Of a stretch of DNA of 64,000 nt, positions 11,705 through 25,000 are shown piece by piece. This DNA comes from Convolutriloba macropyga (lineage: Eukaryota), in the NCBI RefSeq assembly GCF_964194025.1, contig NC_134473.1:63674001-63738000 (forward strand), given 5' to 3'. The position numbers and the translations under genes are program-made. How positions within the stretch are numbered: the first letter of the stretch is position 1; every line of letters begins with the position of its first letter. Below the pieces are notes generated by a model that did no database searches, was not told the origin of the DNA, and worked only from the letters and a program-made list of their open reading frames with translations.

Positions 11705-12750
11705 CATAACCGACTACCGTCGGCTGAATTGCTCTCAAACGACCAGCGAGCGTTTGGCTTCGTAAGTAGCTAGGCACGGTTTAGTGAGACTAGCTTTAGC
11801 TTAATTGAAGGGGCGTGAGGTGAGCGTAGCGGGGGGGGGGGGGGGGGGGGGAAGGTGAGAGGTGGGTCTTTGGCTGCACAGGGCCCTTACGGCCTGAACA
11901 ATGTGCAGTGGTGGGGATTGGGTTGGGGGAATTGGGGTTGGGGGGATGAAGTGAGGGGAGGGGGGGGGGGATTATCACTCAAAGTGATGTTAATGCTCAC
12001 CGCCCTTCACACCAAAAATGTAATTAGGTCTCCAAAACAGATTCTGTGACGTGTCCGGACAAAACAGTCCCAGACAAAACAGTCCCAGACAAAACAGTCC
12101 CAAATTGCAAAATATTCCCAGACAAAACAGTCCCAGACAAAATAGTCCCAAGAAACCAGACAAAACAGTCCCAGACGAAATAGTCCCAAATAAAATGTAC
12201 CTAATGCCATTATACCCAATGTACTTTGAAATGTTCGTTCAATAATCCGACAACAAATTAGCAGTCGCTATTACCCGTATGTTTTAACATACTTAATGGC
12301 CATGGCCATGCCTCAGCGGCCCGTGGGACTTGATATGAAACTATCACAACCGAACATGGGATTAAATTATCCGCTTGTTAAATCATATGTGTGAGAGCTA
12401 TAATAATGGCCTTGGGACTATTTTGTCTGGGACTGTTTTGTCTGGTTTCTTGGGACTATTTTGTCTGGGACTGTTTTGTCTGGGAATATTTTGCTATTTG
12501 GGACTGTTTTGTCCGGGACTGTTTTGTCTGGGACTGTTTTGTCTGTTCACCTTCTGTGAACCGCATACTTGGAGATTAGTGATCCGAAAGGCTCTAAGGG
12601 AACTTAATGCCCGCTGGGCGTTACCTGTTTATCCCGTCTTTGAGGACGAAAAGTGAAATTGGTCAGATAAAAAATTGTTTAAGCAAAAAATAGCATAAAA
12701 AGATCAACAGGAATAATATAATGCCACACATTTAGTTTCAGAGCAATTAA
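11705..12750 (-). mobile_element. Family A element, both ends present, interrupted by a foldback insertion
   Basis: Hairpin CCGAC-TACC-GTCGG (11710-11723), subterminal repeat AATTGCTCTCAAACGA (11727-11742), inverse GTTTCAGAGCAATT (12735-12748). Confidence 0.7.
12050..12551. mobile_element. Foldback/MITE-like element with modular TIRs of about 140 bp
   Basis: Arms built of the 15-bp unit CAGACAAAACAGTCC (about 12055-12190) and their reverse complement (about 12412-12545); flanked by direct repeat TTCTGTGA (12042-12049 and 12552-12559). Confidence 0.85.
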
Positions 12751-13914
12751 TTACAACATAACTAGCCAGATGAGGCTTCAATTTTGTGATCCAAGTTATG
12801 TGCTTTCATTAACTCAATTTATTTTCAGTTCCTAATACATTGGTTCTCAATTTCACGGGTAAATTTAAGGCCTGCAGCCATTAGGGGGGGGGGGGGGGGG
12901 AGTGACGAGTTTTCAAGCAGGCGTGCATTAATTTAATTAAACAAACCATTGTGGATTAAAACTTTTTCTCGGCCTGCATTATTCGAAATACTATCTTTAT
13001 TCGTAGTTATCTATTTCGCTTGGCTCGTTTGGCCGCCACACTTGTGCCATGGTTATGCATAGGTGGCCCTTGGGACTTCATACAGAATTTCCGCAACCGA
13101 ATTAGATCAGTATAACCAAAAAATATTGGATTGGCACCCCAAAATTTGGATTATCACGCATATTACTTTAATGCTCTCATCCTTGCGTGAATGTTTTGAG
13201 CTGATGCAGAAGAGAAATATCACTGATGTTGAGAGGTAATGGTTAACTGTGAGATGCTGTTTGAGGATATTATTCAACCATGGTTAGGCCCATCCTAACA
13301 ATGATGAACCCTGTCTAGAACTTAGATCGTCTCCCGTTTGTTGCCACATTAACGCCAGTCGAATTTAGATCGTCTCCTGATCAATGCCAGTCGTCCCGTT
13401 TGTAATTTTTATCACCAGGCAAACAATTTTAAAACGGGAACTTACCAAAAAGACAGTTTTAACATTTACTTAAGTTTCACAAAACTTTATCATTTTTTCC
13501 GATTTAATCATCCATCGGTTTCGGAAAACTTTGCATATCGAAAAAATATTGCAAGAATTTTTCCTCAAAATTTGCACGCCTGTATCTCTACATTTGAGCG
13601 ATATGTGAGCGTTGTTAGTACCTGACTCATATGTCACACCTTGTGCTTCAAGGAGACCAGCTCGCAACCAAGAGTCTTTAAGGACACCAGTCGCGACCAA
13701 AAGTCTTTAAGGAGACTAGCGCCCGAAATAATATGAGGAAAAGTTTTCCAATGGTCTTTTGCAATGCATTTATGCACTGCTAGAGGTCTCTCGCACCATT
13801 GCTGCATGTTATGCGAACTAGTATGATCCATTTTTATACATTTTAACTTAGAATAATAATTGTAAAGATTAGATTGTTATTAGTTTAACAATGATCAGCA
13901 AAGGCAATTTATAA

Positions 13915-14010
13915 ACATAACCGACTAAACGTCGAAATAATTGCTCTCGAACGACTAGTGGGAGCTCTAATCAATTGCAGCTTGCTTCAGTCGGGGGGGG
14001 GGGGGGTGGA
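13915..14010 (-). mobile_element. Family A fragment
   Basis: ACATAACCGACTAAACGTCGAAATAATTGCTCTCGAACGAC followed by a G run. Confidence 0.6.
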
Positions 14011-15417
14011 GCCTAAATGTGACTAAGAAGTTCAATGAGTAGATTTGGCTTGTCAAACTTTTACTGGGGAGCTTATCAGTTGATTCTTTGGCACCATTTT
14101 TTTTAAAATTAACGCAATTTGTAGTATCGCTTTTTATTATATAACTTTCATCTTCCTAATACATGATTAAAATTAGACGAGAAGTTTTCATCATATCTTT
14201 TTCAAACCACCACTATTAAACCACATTAATTCATAGATAATTAATGGCAATTTCATTGTGGATTGCTTCAAACTTGGAGGAAGGCTGCTCTTTGAAAGTG
14301 TAGGTTTGCTCTGCTATGGACTCTACTGGAAGTCACCGAGGACCCTTTATCAAGAACAATGTAGTTGTTCGATATGTCGAGCCAGAAATTTGAAGTGGTT
14401 TCGGCATAGTCACATAACCTTGCTTAAAACACGGAACGAGCACTTTTTGAAAAGACGAAAATTAAATGGAAGTCAACTCCTGGCAAAGTATATAGAAACT
14501 TCTTGCACGTGAGTGTTTTAGCAATATAAAGTTACTGGAGCACAGTTGGTTCACTAGCCAGATTAAAAGTGAACAACTAAAATCAATTTTTGTTGGCTCG
14601 GTTTACAAGTGAGCTTTAGTTTGAAACTGTGCCTGCCTTAGTTTTTCCTGCTGAAAATTGAGATGGAAGAAGCACTTTTCATTGGTAACAAACAAGAAGT
14701 AAAAGAGAATTTTGAATTGAAAATTTGAAACTAGTCAGACAAAAATTTTAGACAAAAAGAACATACACGACTACAACTTAGATAATAACTTTTTTAATTG
14801 CCTAAAAACAATGTTTAAAATCTTCATTGAGACAAGAGATTGGATGTCAAAGCTGTTTTTGCGTCAGGTTTTTGTTTTGCGTCAGTTTTTTTTTCAATTA
14901 AGAAATAGAAATTTTTTTACGGTCAATATACTTGTACGGCGTGCGATAAGCAATTTTGTAAATTTTGAAAAGCAATTCTGTGAATTTGATAGGCAGTTTT
15001 GGAGTGGTTTTTTTATCAGCATACCTCGAAGGCAAATTTAAATGAGCAGTATTTAGAGGGCATTCGGGAGTGATTTTTCAGTTATGAAATTGCCAATTAT
15101 TGGAACCAAAACGATCATGATGTCGGTTTAAAGACTTAAACCGACATCGCTTTGGCCGAAAAAGGTTTGGCTTAAAAATTACTGGATCTATTCTGCTCGA
15201 CATATAGCTTTTACGGATCCAAATCCAACCCCCCCCCCCCCCCAGACGCACCTAATATTTTTCATTTTAAACTGCTATATAACATATATAACAACACATA
15301 ATTTGATAGTTTGTAATTAAGGTTCAGAAAAAAACACGGGGCGGGTATTAGACAGAATGGAGCCCAATTGGCTTACATTTATGATTGTGAAGTAATATGT
15401 TTATATAGGAAACTGAC

Positions 15418-15610
15418 TAATGGGGTAAGAAGTAGAGTTGATTAGGAACATTGTTTTCCTGTAGACACAGTCTTTCAATGTAACGGAGGTCACATTGATA
15501 GTTGAGTTGAAGAAGGGCAGTGTCGCACAAGTGTGATCAACTTGATACTCCCACGAAGACGAATCCACACAACACAACAACAACAATACAAATTGATTAT
15601 CTGTACCTTG
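15418..15610 (-). CDS. Upstream exon of the candidate Cys-rich glycoprotein gene (start exon not found)
   Basis: C-rich tract plus TTTCAG acceptor (15612-15611); GTCAGT donor at 15417; ends in phase 1. Reads QGTDNQFVLLLLCCVDSSSWEYQVDHTCATLPFFNSTINVTSVTLKDCVYRKTMFLINSTSYPI. Confidence 0.5.
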
Positions 15611-17511
15611 CTGAAACTTGGGGGAGGGGGGGTGGAGGGGTAACAACTGGTAACAACGGGATCTACTCTGCACCAATACCCCCAGCCTAATGCGCCTATA
15701 GCTTTACGGGCCCAGGCGTAAAAGTCATATAACAAAATAAAAATTTTAAGTGGGGGTCATAAAAAACACTGGGGGACTAAATTCCTGAAAAGATCCTGCC
15801 TCCCATTGGAATGAGTCATATCAATGGAATGACACATACATGACACATCAATACTTTCTATCTTTTTTCTTCCATTACAAGCATCTACTTACAAATGAAG
15901 TGCTATGTAAGTAAGTTTTTATCGCAACATAAAAACCAAACAATTATTTGCAAAAATTTGCAAACTTTCCATCAATTTAGCTGACAAAGCCTTCTGATTA
16001 AAAATTGAATTCACCTAAACATGTTTGTTAACTATTAATAAGAACATAAGCGTATATGTACTGCAAAATATTCCTAACGTCAGACATCTAAGGAATCACT
16101 GGAAATTTTATAATCCATTTCAACACGATTTTGATTTCTTCCCACCAAATTGTTACTAGTATTTTGCTACAAACATCTTAGCCCATTAATTTGTGAACCA
16201 AATTTTATTATTTGACTTTTAAAAAAGTCTTTTGAGGAAAAAGGGTGAACACCATATCACAAAAATAAGGTATTAGAGGCTCTTAATTTCCAAAAGTAGA
16301 CATTTGCAATTGTTGTGAGCCAGCTGTGAGAGTTAATCGGCGAATAAGAAATAGAGTTGAAAATAATTGACTTCAATAGAGATGAACTTTTGGAACTGGA
16401 ATGTTTTATAATCAGAACGCAATTTTCAAAAATAAAAATAAATTTATTATAGTATTTTGACTGCTCAAATAAGATCCAACAAACTCGCGAACTCAAAATG
16501 AGGCTGCCTAAAGCGTAGAAATTTAAATAACTAAGTTTCAAATTCCTGTAATGAAAATAAATCAAGAACAGTTAAATTTTAGTAGAGCGAAAAACAGTTT
16601 AAGAATTACGAACAGTTTAAGAATTCTCAATGTTTTCAGATTTAATGCAATGTGAGACACAATTAATTATTTGCAAAAAATAATTTAAAAAATTTAAAAA
16701 CTTTGAATGACCATAGCTGTTAAAGCTTTCTGATGACAATTGAATTCACCGAACCGTTTTTGTTAAAAGTTTTTTATCAAAGGATTGGGTGACCTTTATA
16801 TACGCTGAAAAATAAGTACGGACTGACATAAAAAGGCAATTAAGCAAATCTTTTATTGGTTAAAAGTATAGAGTTTTTCTATGCTCAATTTAAAAACACA
16901 ACTTTTCCCATTCCTAAATCTCGGGTGGATACATTATGGCCTTAACTTTACCTGTTGAGACGCAGAGTTGCCTGCGCATTCGATGCAGAGGTATACCCCA
17001 AAATTTCCGCCTTAGTAAAATTGGCTCGAAAATTAGTTACATACAATGAACGAAATTAGGTGACATCCTTTGTATCTTACTTTTCGCAAAAGGGGTTCCG
17101 CCAATTTTGCAAAATAAAAGAACATTCGGTGCGAATTTAGGAACTTCTAAAATTTCAGTTACTCCTTTATTTTATTCTATCAGGAAAATATAGCTTATGA
17201 CTTAATCAGGGTGCAATATTTCAAAAATATCACCGCTTGTCAAGTCTAAAGTTTTCTATTTAACTCTAAAATTTGAGTTCAGCTTTTTGGCACAGAACTT
17301 CTAGGATTAAGATGGTTGAGCGACCATTATCTATTGAAAAATAAAAGAAGGAAACTTATAAGATTTATAGGTCCGGTCTATGATACTACTCCCAATTGGT
17401 CTCGAAAATAATTGTGATTAATTTTTCTTTTAACTGGTAGTACAATGGATTTTTTAGCAAATATCAAAAAACATGTTCTTGGACGAGATTTTCAAAACAA
17501 AAGTTTGGATT

Positions 17512-20117
17512 GGTTATTCCTTCGACCACTCTTTAGGGGGAGGGGGGGGAGGAACTATATACTCAATTGGATTTTTTTGGTCCGACAATTTTGGCCGATC
17601 GATATATTCATCGCAGATAGTTGTGAGTGGTATCATCAAAAAGTCCATATTGCGTAGAATATGGATTTAAAAAGATTTTTTAAACTTAGTTTTCTAGAGA
17701 GATCTATCCAGGTTTAAATTTTTGTGTATGATGAGATTGATTTGCACATTTTCCGGAAGTTTTGTCTCAAATTTATCATTTTTGTTCAGACATGATAAAA
17801 ATGTTAACAAAAGTGTTAATGGTTTGATTTTGAAAGACAAAAAAGTATTGTTGCGCATTTGATTTACTTTTTTGGCAAAAATTTCGGCAATATATTTCAA
17901 AATTCAGCCTTTTTCATCAAAAAAAGGACGAAATGAGCTTTTTTATTTCACTCTGATTAAGTTTTCTGAAAGTATACACCCAAAAACTACTAATACAGTC
18001 TTTGTAAACTCAAAAGTGGGTTATTCTTACTTTGGTTTTTATTGAGAGTGCTCTGTAATTAAAATTTTGCCGTTTATTTGCTAACTTTACTCGTTGATTA
18101 TCAAAAACGCAGCTTTTATTTTCGATTTTTTAACTTACAAATTATCTTTATCTATAACATTAAAAAAAATATGTGTTCCTAATGGATGAAAAGCATTAGC
18201 AGGGATATTTTTGGACCAATCATTACTGTTACAATACAAAAATATTTCGGATTGTAATCAGTCGGTCTTTCTAAAGTTTGATCTTTTTTATATTAAAAAG
18301 AGAACAGAACATTTCAAATCAAAGCTCACGGGTGATAAGTGCAATTAGCGTCCTAAGCAACTACAAATGACTATATCTAGTTTGTCACTTGAAAGCTTAT
18401 TTTGGTTTTGACTTCTAAAATTATTTGTTTTTAAACGGCTTTTGAAATTTATCACTGTTTTTCTCTTAATTTGGTCAAAATTTTAGCTAATTGTCGGCAA
18501 AAAAGAGAGTGTCTTCTTTCTATTGAAGTCAAAATTAATATTTGTAGCGGTTTTACGCGTTAAGTTATGATTTACTGGCCTTGACACCACCACATTTCAC
18601 AAACTTTTTTGACTTTTAGGCATTTGCCCATTTTTCAAGCTTTATCTCGTTTTTTCACAATGTGATATTGTTGGCAGTTCAAATAACACATTACTGGCAT
18701 TCCAAATAGGGCACCATTAAACAAATCAAAATCTTTAAAGGTACAGAATATGGTTGGAACGGCTGCGACACCACTTTCTCGAAGAAATTAATTGAGTTTT
18801 TTACTTTGTCTATAACTGCCGTTTTCTCTTTGTCTTTTTGTCGTGCGAAATTTCCTGGAGAATGACAGGTCTCACTGGCTTTTTAAGGAAGATTAGAAGA
18901 GCCTATTTTCTATTTTGAGTAGATGGCTGATGGCTTTGATGACTTTGAAAACGCTTGTTTAAAAAAAGCAAAAAAAGCACTTCACAACTTCGCTTTTTGG
19001 TCTTTTTTATGTGTTTTTGTTACCTGGTCTCGTTGAATAAAGACAAGATATGACATTATTGGCGTCAAGAGAAAGCGTTAGTTTACAAAATATAAAGATT
19101 TTTTCAAAGAATTCGTAATGACAGCAACGGCTTCGACACGGTTTTTCGAAAAAAAAAGTAAATTAGTTTTTGATTTTTGTCTATATTTGACTTTATTCTT
19201 GTAAACCTAAGACATTATCTGAATAAATACAGATCGCATGGGCTTCCGTTGGACAAATAAACGAATCCACCTATTTATTTTTATTCTGCAACTAATGGCT
19301 TTCATGACTTTGGAAGTAATTGTTTTCGAAAAACACGAAAATATTTCTTAAGTTCACCACTTTTTCGCAATTTTGTCAAATTTTTTACCTAATCTCATTA
19401 ACGATCCGTCACATACCATATTATTGGCTTTCTAAGAACATATGTTGAGGGGCAGAAAAAGTATTTACGCTTGGACAGCGTTTTCTCACAAGTTTTATTT
19501 GAATTTTTGTTTGTTGTCTCTATTTGTTGTTTTTTTTTGTAACGGCAAGAACAATTGCATAAAGACAGGTCCTAATTACCTCCCATATAGGCATTAGGGA
19601 TATTAAAACGTTTTGATAATTTCAGTTGATTTCTAATGGTTTTCCATTTTTTGAAATTAATTGTTCTTAAAAAATATAAGCGAATTTTTTAACTTTGCTG
19701 TTTTTTTTCCTTTTAGTCTAATTGTAACAGAGCCTTATTATGGACTGGTTTCATATTTTTCAAGTAAAATATAAATTAATTTGCTCAGTTTCAGTTTCAT
19801 CTGACGCTATCTTGACTTTGTGATTAAGTTTTTTTTTAAAATGGACATAAAGTTTTGGATAAAATTAATGTTTGTTCTTGTTGTTTGATTTTGTTGTACT
19901 TCTGGCCTCGCTTTCTTAAAAACGGCAGATCTTATCATTCTAATGCGGCAATTTTTATTCCACTGAAGTATTTGCGTTGGAGGCGATATTTTTGCTCACA
20001 TACAATTTTTTGGAAAATTATTTGGTTTTCTGGGGTTTTCTATCTGTTCTCATATGGATCTGCGGGGTCGGAACTTCGGAACTTTATGTGCGAACGCACA
20101 TTACCGAGCCTCCTTGT
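17512..20117 (+). mobile_element. Family B element, about 2.6 kb
   Basis: GGGAGGAACTATATACTCAA head; 3' GGGGTCGGAAC, ATGTGCGAACGCACAT hairpin and GAGCCTCCTTGT; colinear with 40487-43084. Confidence 0.75.
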
Positions 20118-21552
20118 ATGGTTTTCTATAATTGGATTTGACAACTGCTCAGTTCATCCATTTAGCTATCAATATAAGACATTTTGCGACGTTGAACCAT
20201 ATCATAAGAAAATCAAGGAAAACACAAAATGAACTAAAAAAGAAATTTGACAAAGAGGGGGTAATGAGGGTGAGTTTAATTTAAGAAGTGGGGAAGTTAC
20301 TTTTTTCAACAAGTACATCATTTTGGGGAAATTTAGGTGTGGCAATTTAAAATTGTGTTCCACTTTAAAATTGCCCATTTTTTCCCCAAAGTTGAACACA
20401 ATTTTGCCGATTATTGGGGCAGATTATTCCTATGGGTTAATGCATTTCTATTATAATCAGGTTCTGTTATAATTGTGTTTTGAATTGTCCCAAAGTGTAG
20501 TTATATAATTGTCGTTTAAGTTAAGTTTTCGAACATTTTGAGTTATGAAGTCAACTCAACTCGGGAAGGGAATATGCTTCCAAAAAAACTGTACCGGTAA
20601 ACATGTTAATTGCCACCCAAGTGCACTTGCTATACTGACAAGATTGCTGGATGTTCAAATGAAAACAAAAAAAAACAAATTTGGATTGTTGTTACAAGGT
20701 TCTTAACAATAGCAGGAAATTTATTGTTGCAATTTTGAGCGTAAAATCTTTTTTCAGGTAAGTGCACCTGAGTCAGTTCAGGTAAAAACAATGACTGAAC
20801 AGCATTTCAGGTGCTTTCAGGTATCTGTACACTTGAATTACCAGAACTTAAATTACCTGAACAGAGTTCAGGCAATTTTGCCTCAACTTTTTTAGTCTGT
20901 TTATCTCAAAGATTACATCTTTAGGGGAGAAATTTAAAGGTGGCAACTTGAAAGGGTGTCAATAATTGACCCATTGTTGACGCAAAGTTGGACGCAATTT
21001 TCCCGGTCATAGGGTTAAGATTGCTCGGACTATTCATACCCCCCCCCCCACCCCAGCTAAATGGGAGATAACTTTTACCACCCCCCCTTCACAGCAAGCG
21101 TACGTACGTGCTATTTTTTGCATATTAACGACTAACGTGATATATAACAGTACATAAATTGTTAGTGGTATGATCATAGAAAAACAAGAGTGAGGGGTGG
21201 AGGATAAATCCAATTGTTAATATGTGTCGATGTAACTCAAATGTATTCCGTATTTTAATCATATGTTGATATATTTGTGTTATGTGTTGACTGAAATAGT
21301 AGTCGTAGGTGTAGTCCAAGTTCAGCACAGCCATGTAGTCTTTATACACTTCTAGGGTAGTGTAACAGGCAGTCCTTCTTGTCCTGTTGAAGTTGCTGCT
21401 GGGTAGTGGGGATGTGAGATTCCTTGTGACGTCATCATCACACAACTTTGCCATTTGTTGACCACCCAAGGACGCGCGAATACACGCGACAATAGTACCT
21501 GTCAAACAGTTCAACACACATTCTCTATCTATGAATCTTGGCTGGTGTGATC

Positions 21553-22009
21553 TGTATAAAGGTGTAAAACAACACACTTTCGTTGAAGATTCAGTTCAAT
21601 CTTTTTTCGTATTATGTAGCAAACGGTCAGAATCCACTATAAATCATCATGAAGCAACGTATTATAACGCATTATTATTAGTAACGATCAAGCCGACATA
21701 TTTTCTTAGACCGCAAAGTTTTTTTTGCTCATTTCACTGGTATCATTCTATTTTTGATACTTGAGATCAAAGCCGGTCACCATTCTGCACCGATGAATTC
21801 AAAAAACGCAAAATTATTGAGCCGAATCTTGTCTTATTTGATAGGTCTTATGATTAGATTTACTTGAAATTATGTTAAACTTTTTCGGAACTTTGTAACT
21901 ATATTCGAGCGTATTTTATTCAATTGGAATGATTTCTATGCGTATTTAAAATACTAGAATCTGATTGGCTGATTACAATCTCTCGCTGACATCTATTAAC
22001 TTAGTGACA
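21553..22009 (-). repeat. 3' LTR of the Bel/Pao element
   Basis: Starts TGTCACTAAG and ends TATACA on the minus strand; aligns by eye to 26724-27127. Confidence 0.85.
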
Positions 22010-25000
22010 ATTTTCGGCCTAGAGGAGTTGAGAGAATGGGTATTAATTTTACAAGCGGGAGGACGACCGATCCGGTTGACGTGCGCAGTACGGCGGAGCG
22101 CGAGGCTGTCTGAACCGTAACGTAGTTCAGTGATCAGAGCAGTAGGGTAGTGTTATTTTGGGTTGGTCTCTTCTACTACCCAAACCAAGTCACCGGTATT
22201 TAGGTGTTGCTCGGAAAGCGTCTGCTATTTAGAATGAAAGTTGAGCGCCGGTACGTACTCTTCGATCAAATGTGAAGAAATAACGTTAGCGTAGAATGTG
22301 AGCGGGCGTACCGCTTACGGTGATTAAACTCATCTACGCCAATGATGGACGGAATTGCAGTTGCTTGGTTACCAAGTAGAAAAAGATTAGGCGTTATTGC
22401 TCCCAGCTCGGACAGTTCGGCGCTTACGAGCGTTAATGGGCGTGCATTAAGTGCGTATTGCACAAGACAGAAGGTAGTGTTCAACACATCGTCAGTGAGG
22501 CGACGAGTACAAAGGATTGTGTTAATTATCCACTTATAACTACGTACTTACCTCTTCCCTATGCCATCTCGGTGAGGCGTGCTGAGCGGGTTGAACCTCC
22601 TTTTAATATTTTATGGGAAAGATCCGCTTCAATATTGATAGTATTCCACTTTTTGGTATTCTCGCGTAGTTCTTTTTCCGCGCCAACGAAGTCCGTACAC
22701 ATGTTCTACCAAGTTTTTGCAGGTGTACCCCGATGGGAAACAAACTGCTCGACTCAAGTTACGCACGAACTGGCGTCCCTGGACAGAACAATTTCAACAT
22801 GAATGGCACGAGTAGTCTAGCATGTGAAGAGAAAACCCCTTCTATTAAAACGTAAAACAGGCCGAAGTAGTCGACTCCGGTGATAGTGGAAGCAAGAGAC
22901 TGGTATTCGAGTATTTCTACTGGGAGGTCAGCCATGATGAGTTGATTAGTGGCAGCGCGGAACATTCAATACGTGACGCAGTTTGATTTAATCGAACCCA
23001 GTGATGATGGTATTTTAAGGATGGCGTAACGTTCCAGTAATTTAGCTCGCAGATAGTCAATACGTTGATGACGATTTTTTCCATGGATATGCCAAGGAAC
23101 TAGCTTTACAAATACATGGTATGCGTCAAGAACGGTAGGAAGTTTTTTATCCAAGTCAATTTCGACCAACCGTTTGATGCGGTCAGCCGATCCAATAAGA
23201 CTATTTGGTCCAATGAAGGAGAAAATGGGGCAATATAGCTACTCAATTTAACGGATTTTTTCCGGTGATCTTTCCTTTCGGAAAAAAAGACTCTCCTTGA
23301 ACCTTGAATGAGATACTGAAGTTGACGCTCGGCTTCGCCAAGCTCAAGGGGGTCTTTTGTACTGTCATCGACAATACGGTAGCATTCATGCGAGGGTAGG
23401 AGCCGGAGTATGTAATCTGTTTTTCTTTGCAATTTTTGAGATTACTTGTGGGGGTGGTTTCTTAGTTGAATTAGTTACAAATGCGGCCAATGATGTGTTA
23501 GTATCATCATTTGTTTGGTTTCGATGCCGAGTTTGATGTTATAAACTACATCAGCGCTTGGTTCGAACGGGAATTGCTTAGTTCTTAGGAACTCCGGGCC
23601 CATCACCTAGCTACTTGATTGCAAATCCTCAGCCGACATAAAACGAGTACCGGTGTCTGCCGGGTTGTCACTTGGGGCAACGTGGTTCCATTTGTCAACG
23701 CTAGTGTAATCTAAAATCTCGAAAAAATGGTTAGCAAAAAATATCGGATTCTTGATTGTAGAGTTAAGCCACTGCAAGACAGTATTTCTGTCAATCCACG
23801 TGATAAACCTGTTGGCATTCACTGTGACTGCTCGACTGATATCCTGTTTTAACCGGGCGACCAGTAGCACTGCCTGTAATTCCAGCTTCGGAACTGTCAT
23901 TCCCCTCATAGCCACTACAGGAGTTTTAGACAGGACAAATGCAAGCTCTGGTTGAGGCGCACTCGAAGTATCTACTTGAATTCGGAGAAATGCAAAAGCA
24001 TTGAACACTTCTTACGAACTATCACCAAACATGTGTAGTTCCAGGTATTCAAAGTTTTCCACAGAAATAGCTCCTCGGCATAGTGATTTCCGCAAGCGTG
24101 GGTAGTTCTACACTCCATTCGAGGAACTTTTCATGGTGTTTTTTGGTAGCTCTTCATCCCGATGCAGCCCGTTGACACGCCAGATGTCCTTTAGTAACAG
24201 TCGGGCACTAACAGTCCCACTTGAAAATTGAGATAAAATACCTTAAAGACTAGGCTCAGTAATAAGCTATCTGTTAAAGACTTAGTTAATCTACTGGAAG
24301 TACTTGGACTCACAACTAGGGTATCATTGTTGTGATCCAATTTCAACGCAAGCACACGCGTAGACTCCTCCTTAGATGACGCGATTATTTTTGATTCGGT
24401 GGACTGTGGAGACCCATCAAATTGATTAGCCAGATTTGGGGCATGGCTTACAAAGTCAACCCTCTAAGGGATAAGACGCACTGATTCCTCCGATCTATTG
24501 AGAGCCCTCTCAGGGGACTCCCCAAATCTAGGTAACCAGCCGTTTAGAAGTTTTCTGAGACGGCGTTGCCTCCGGGTACCGACCAAAGCTGTTTCGGGCT
24601 TTGCATTGCAACGCATAGATAGCGCAAGTGGGCGAGTCTTTAGCCACGAAAATTTGGCTCGTGTACTTTTACATCACAGTATTTGTCGGGTGGTCCTCCC
24701 GCCACAAAAAGCGCAGTGATAAGTGGTCACAGTCAAGCACACAAACGTGGAACAATATACCCTTGATATCTGCGGACACAGCATATTGAGGTTGACGAAA
24801 CGTGATTAGTACATGGATTAGGTTCTGGAGCAAGTCGGGACAACTGAGCAGAGATTCGTTCAAAGATGTGCCGTGGAACTGCGCTGCACTTTTCAGTACT
24901 CTACGCACTTTCCCTGTTTTTTCGGGTTGATTACGGGATGATGTGTTAGGTAACATTCATAATCTGACCGCTGCTCGACCATGTGAGCTATTACTAAATA

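Noticed and set aside
12007-12656. Repetitive ORFs (QNSPR, WDCFV, LGLFC)
   Set aside because: They are translations of the 15-bp units in the foldback arms.
13168-13260. Possible extra exon of the glycoprotein gene
   Set aside because: It has AG/GT ends but is open only in phase 0, whereas the flanking exons need phase 1.
15119-15148. 12-bp perfect hairpin GATGTCGGTTTA/TAAACCGACATC
   Set aside because: Isolated, with no supporting context; probably a repeat end or chance.
21240-21552. GC-richer segment beside the Bel/Pao 3' LTR as a separate LTR or gene
   Set aside because: No second copy in the window and no coding signature; boundaries cannot be defined.
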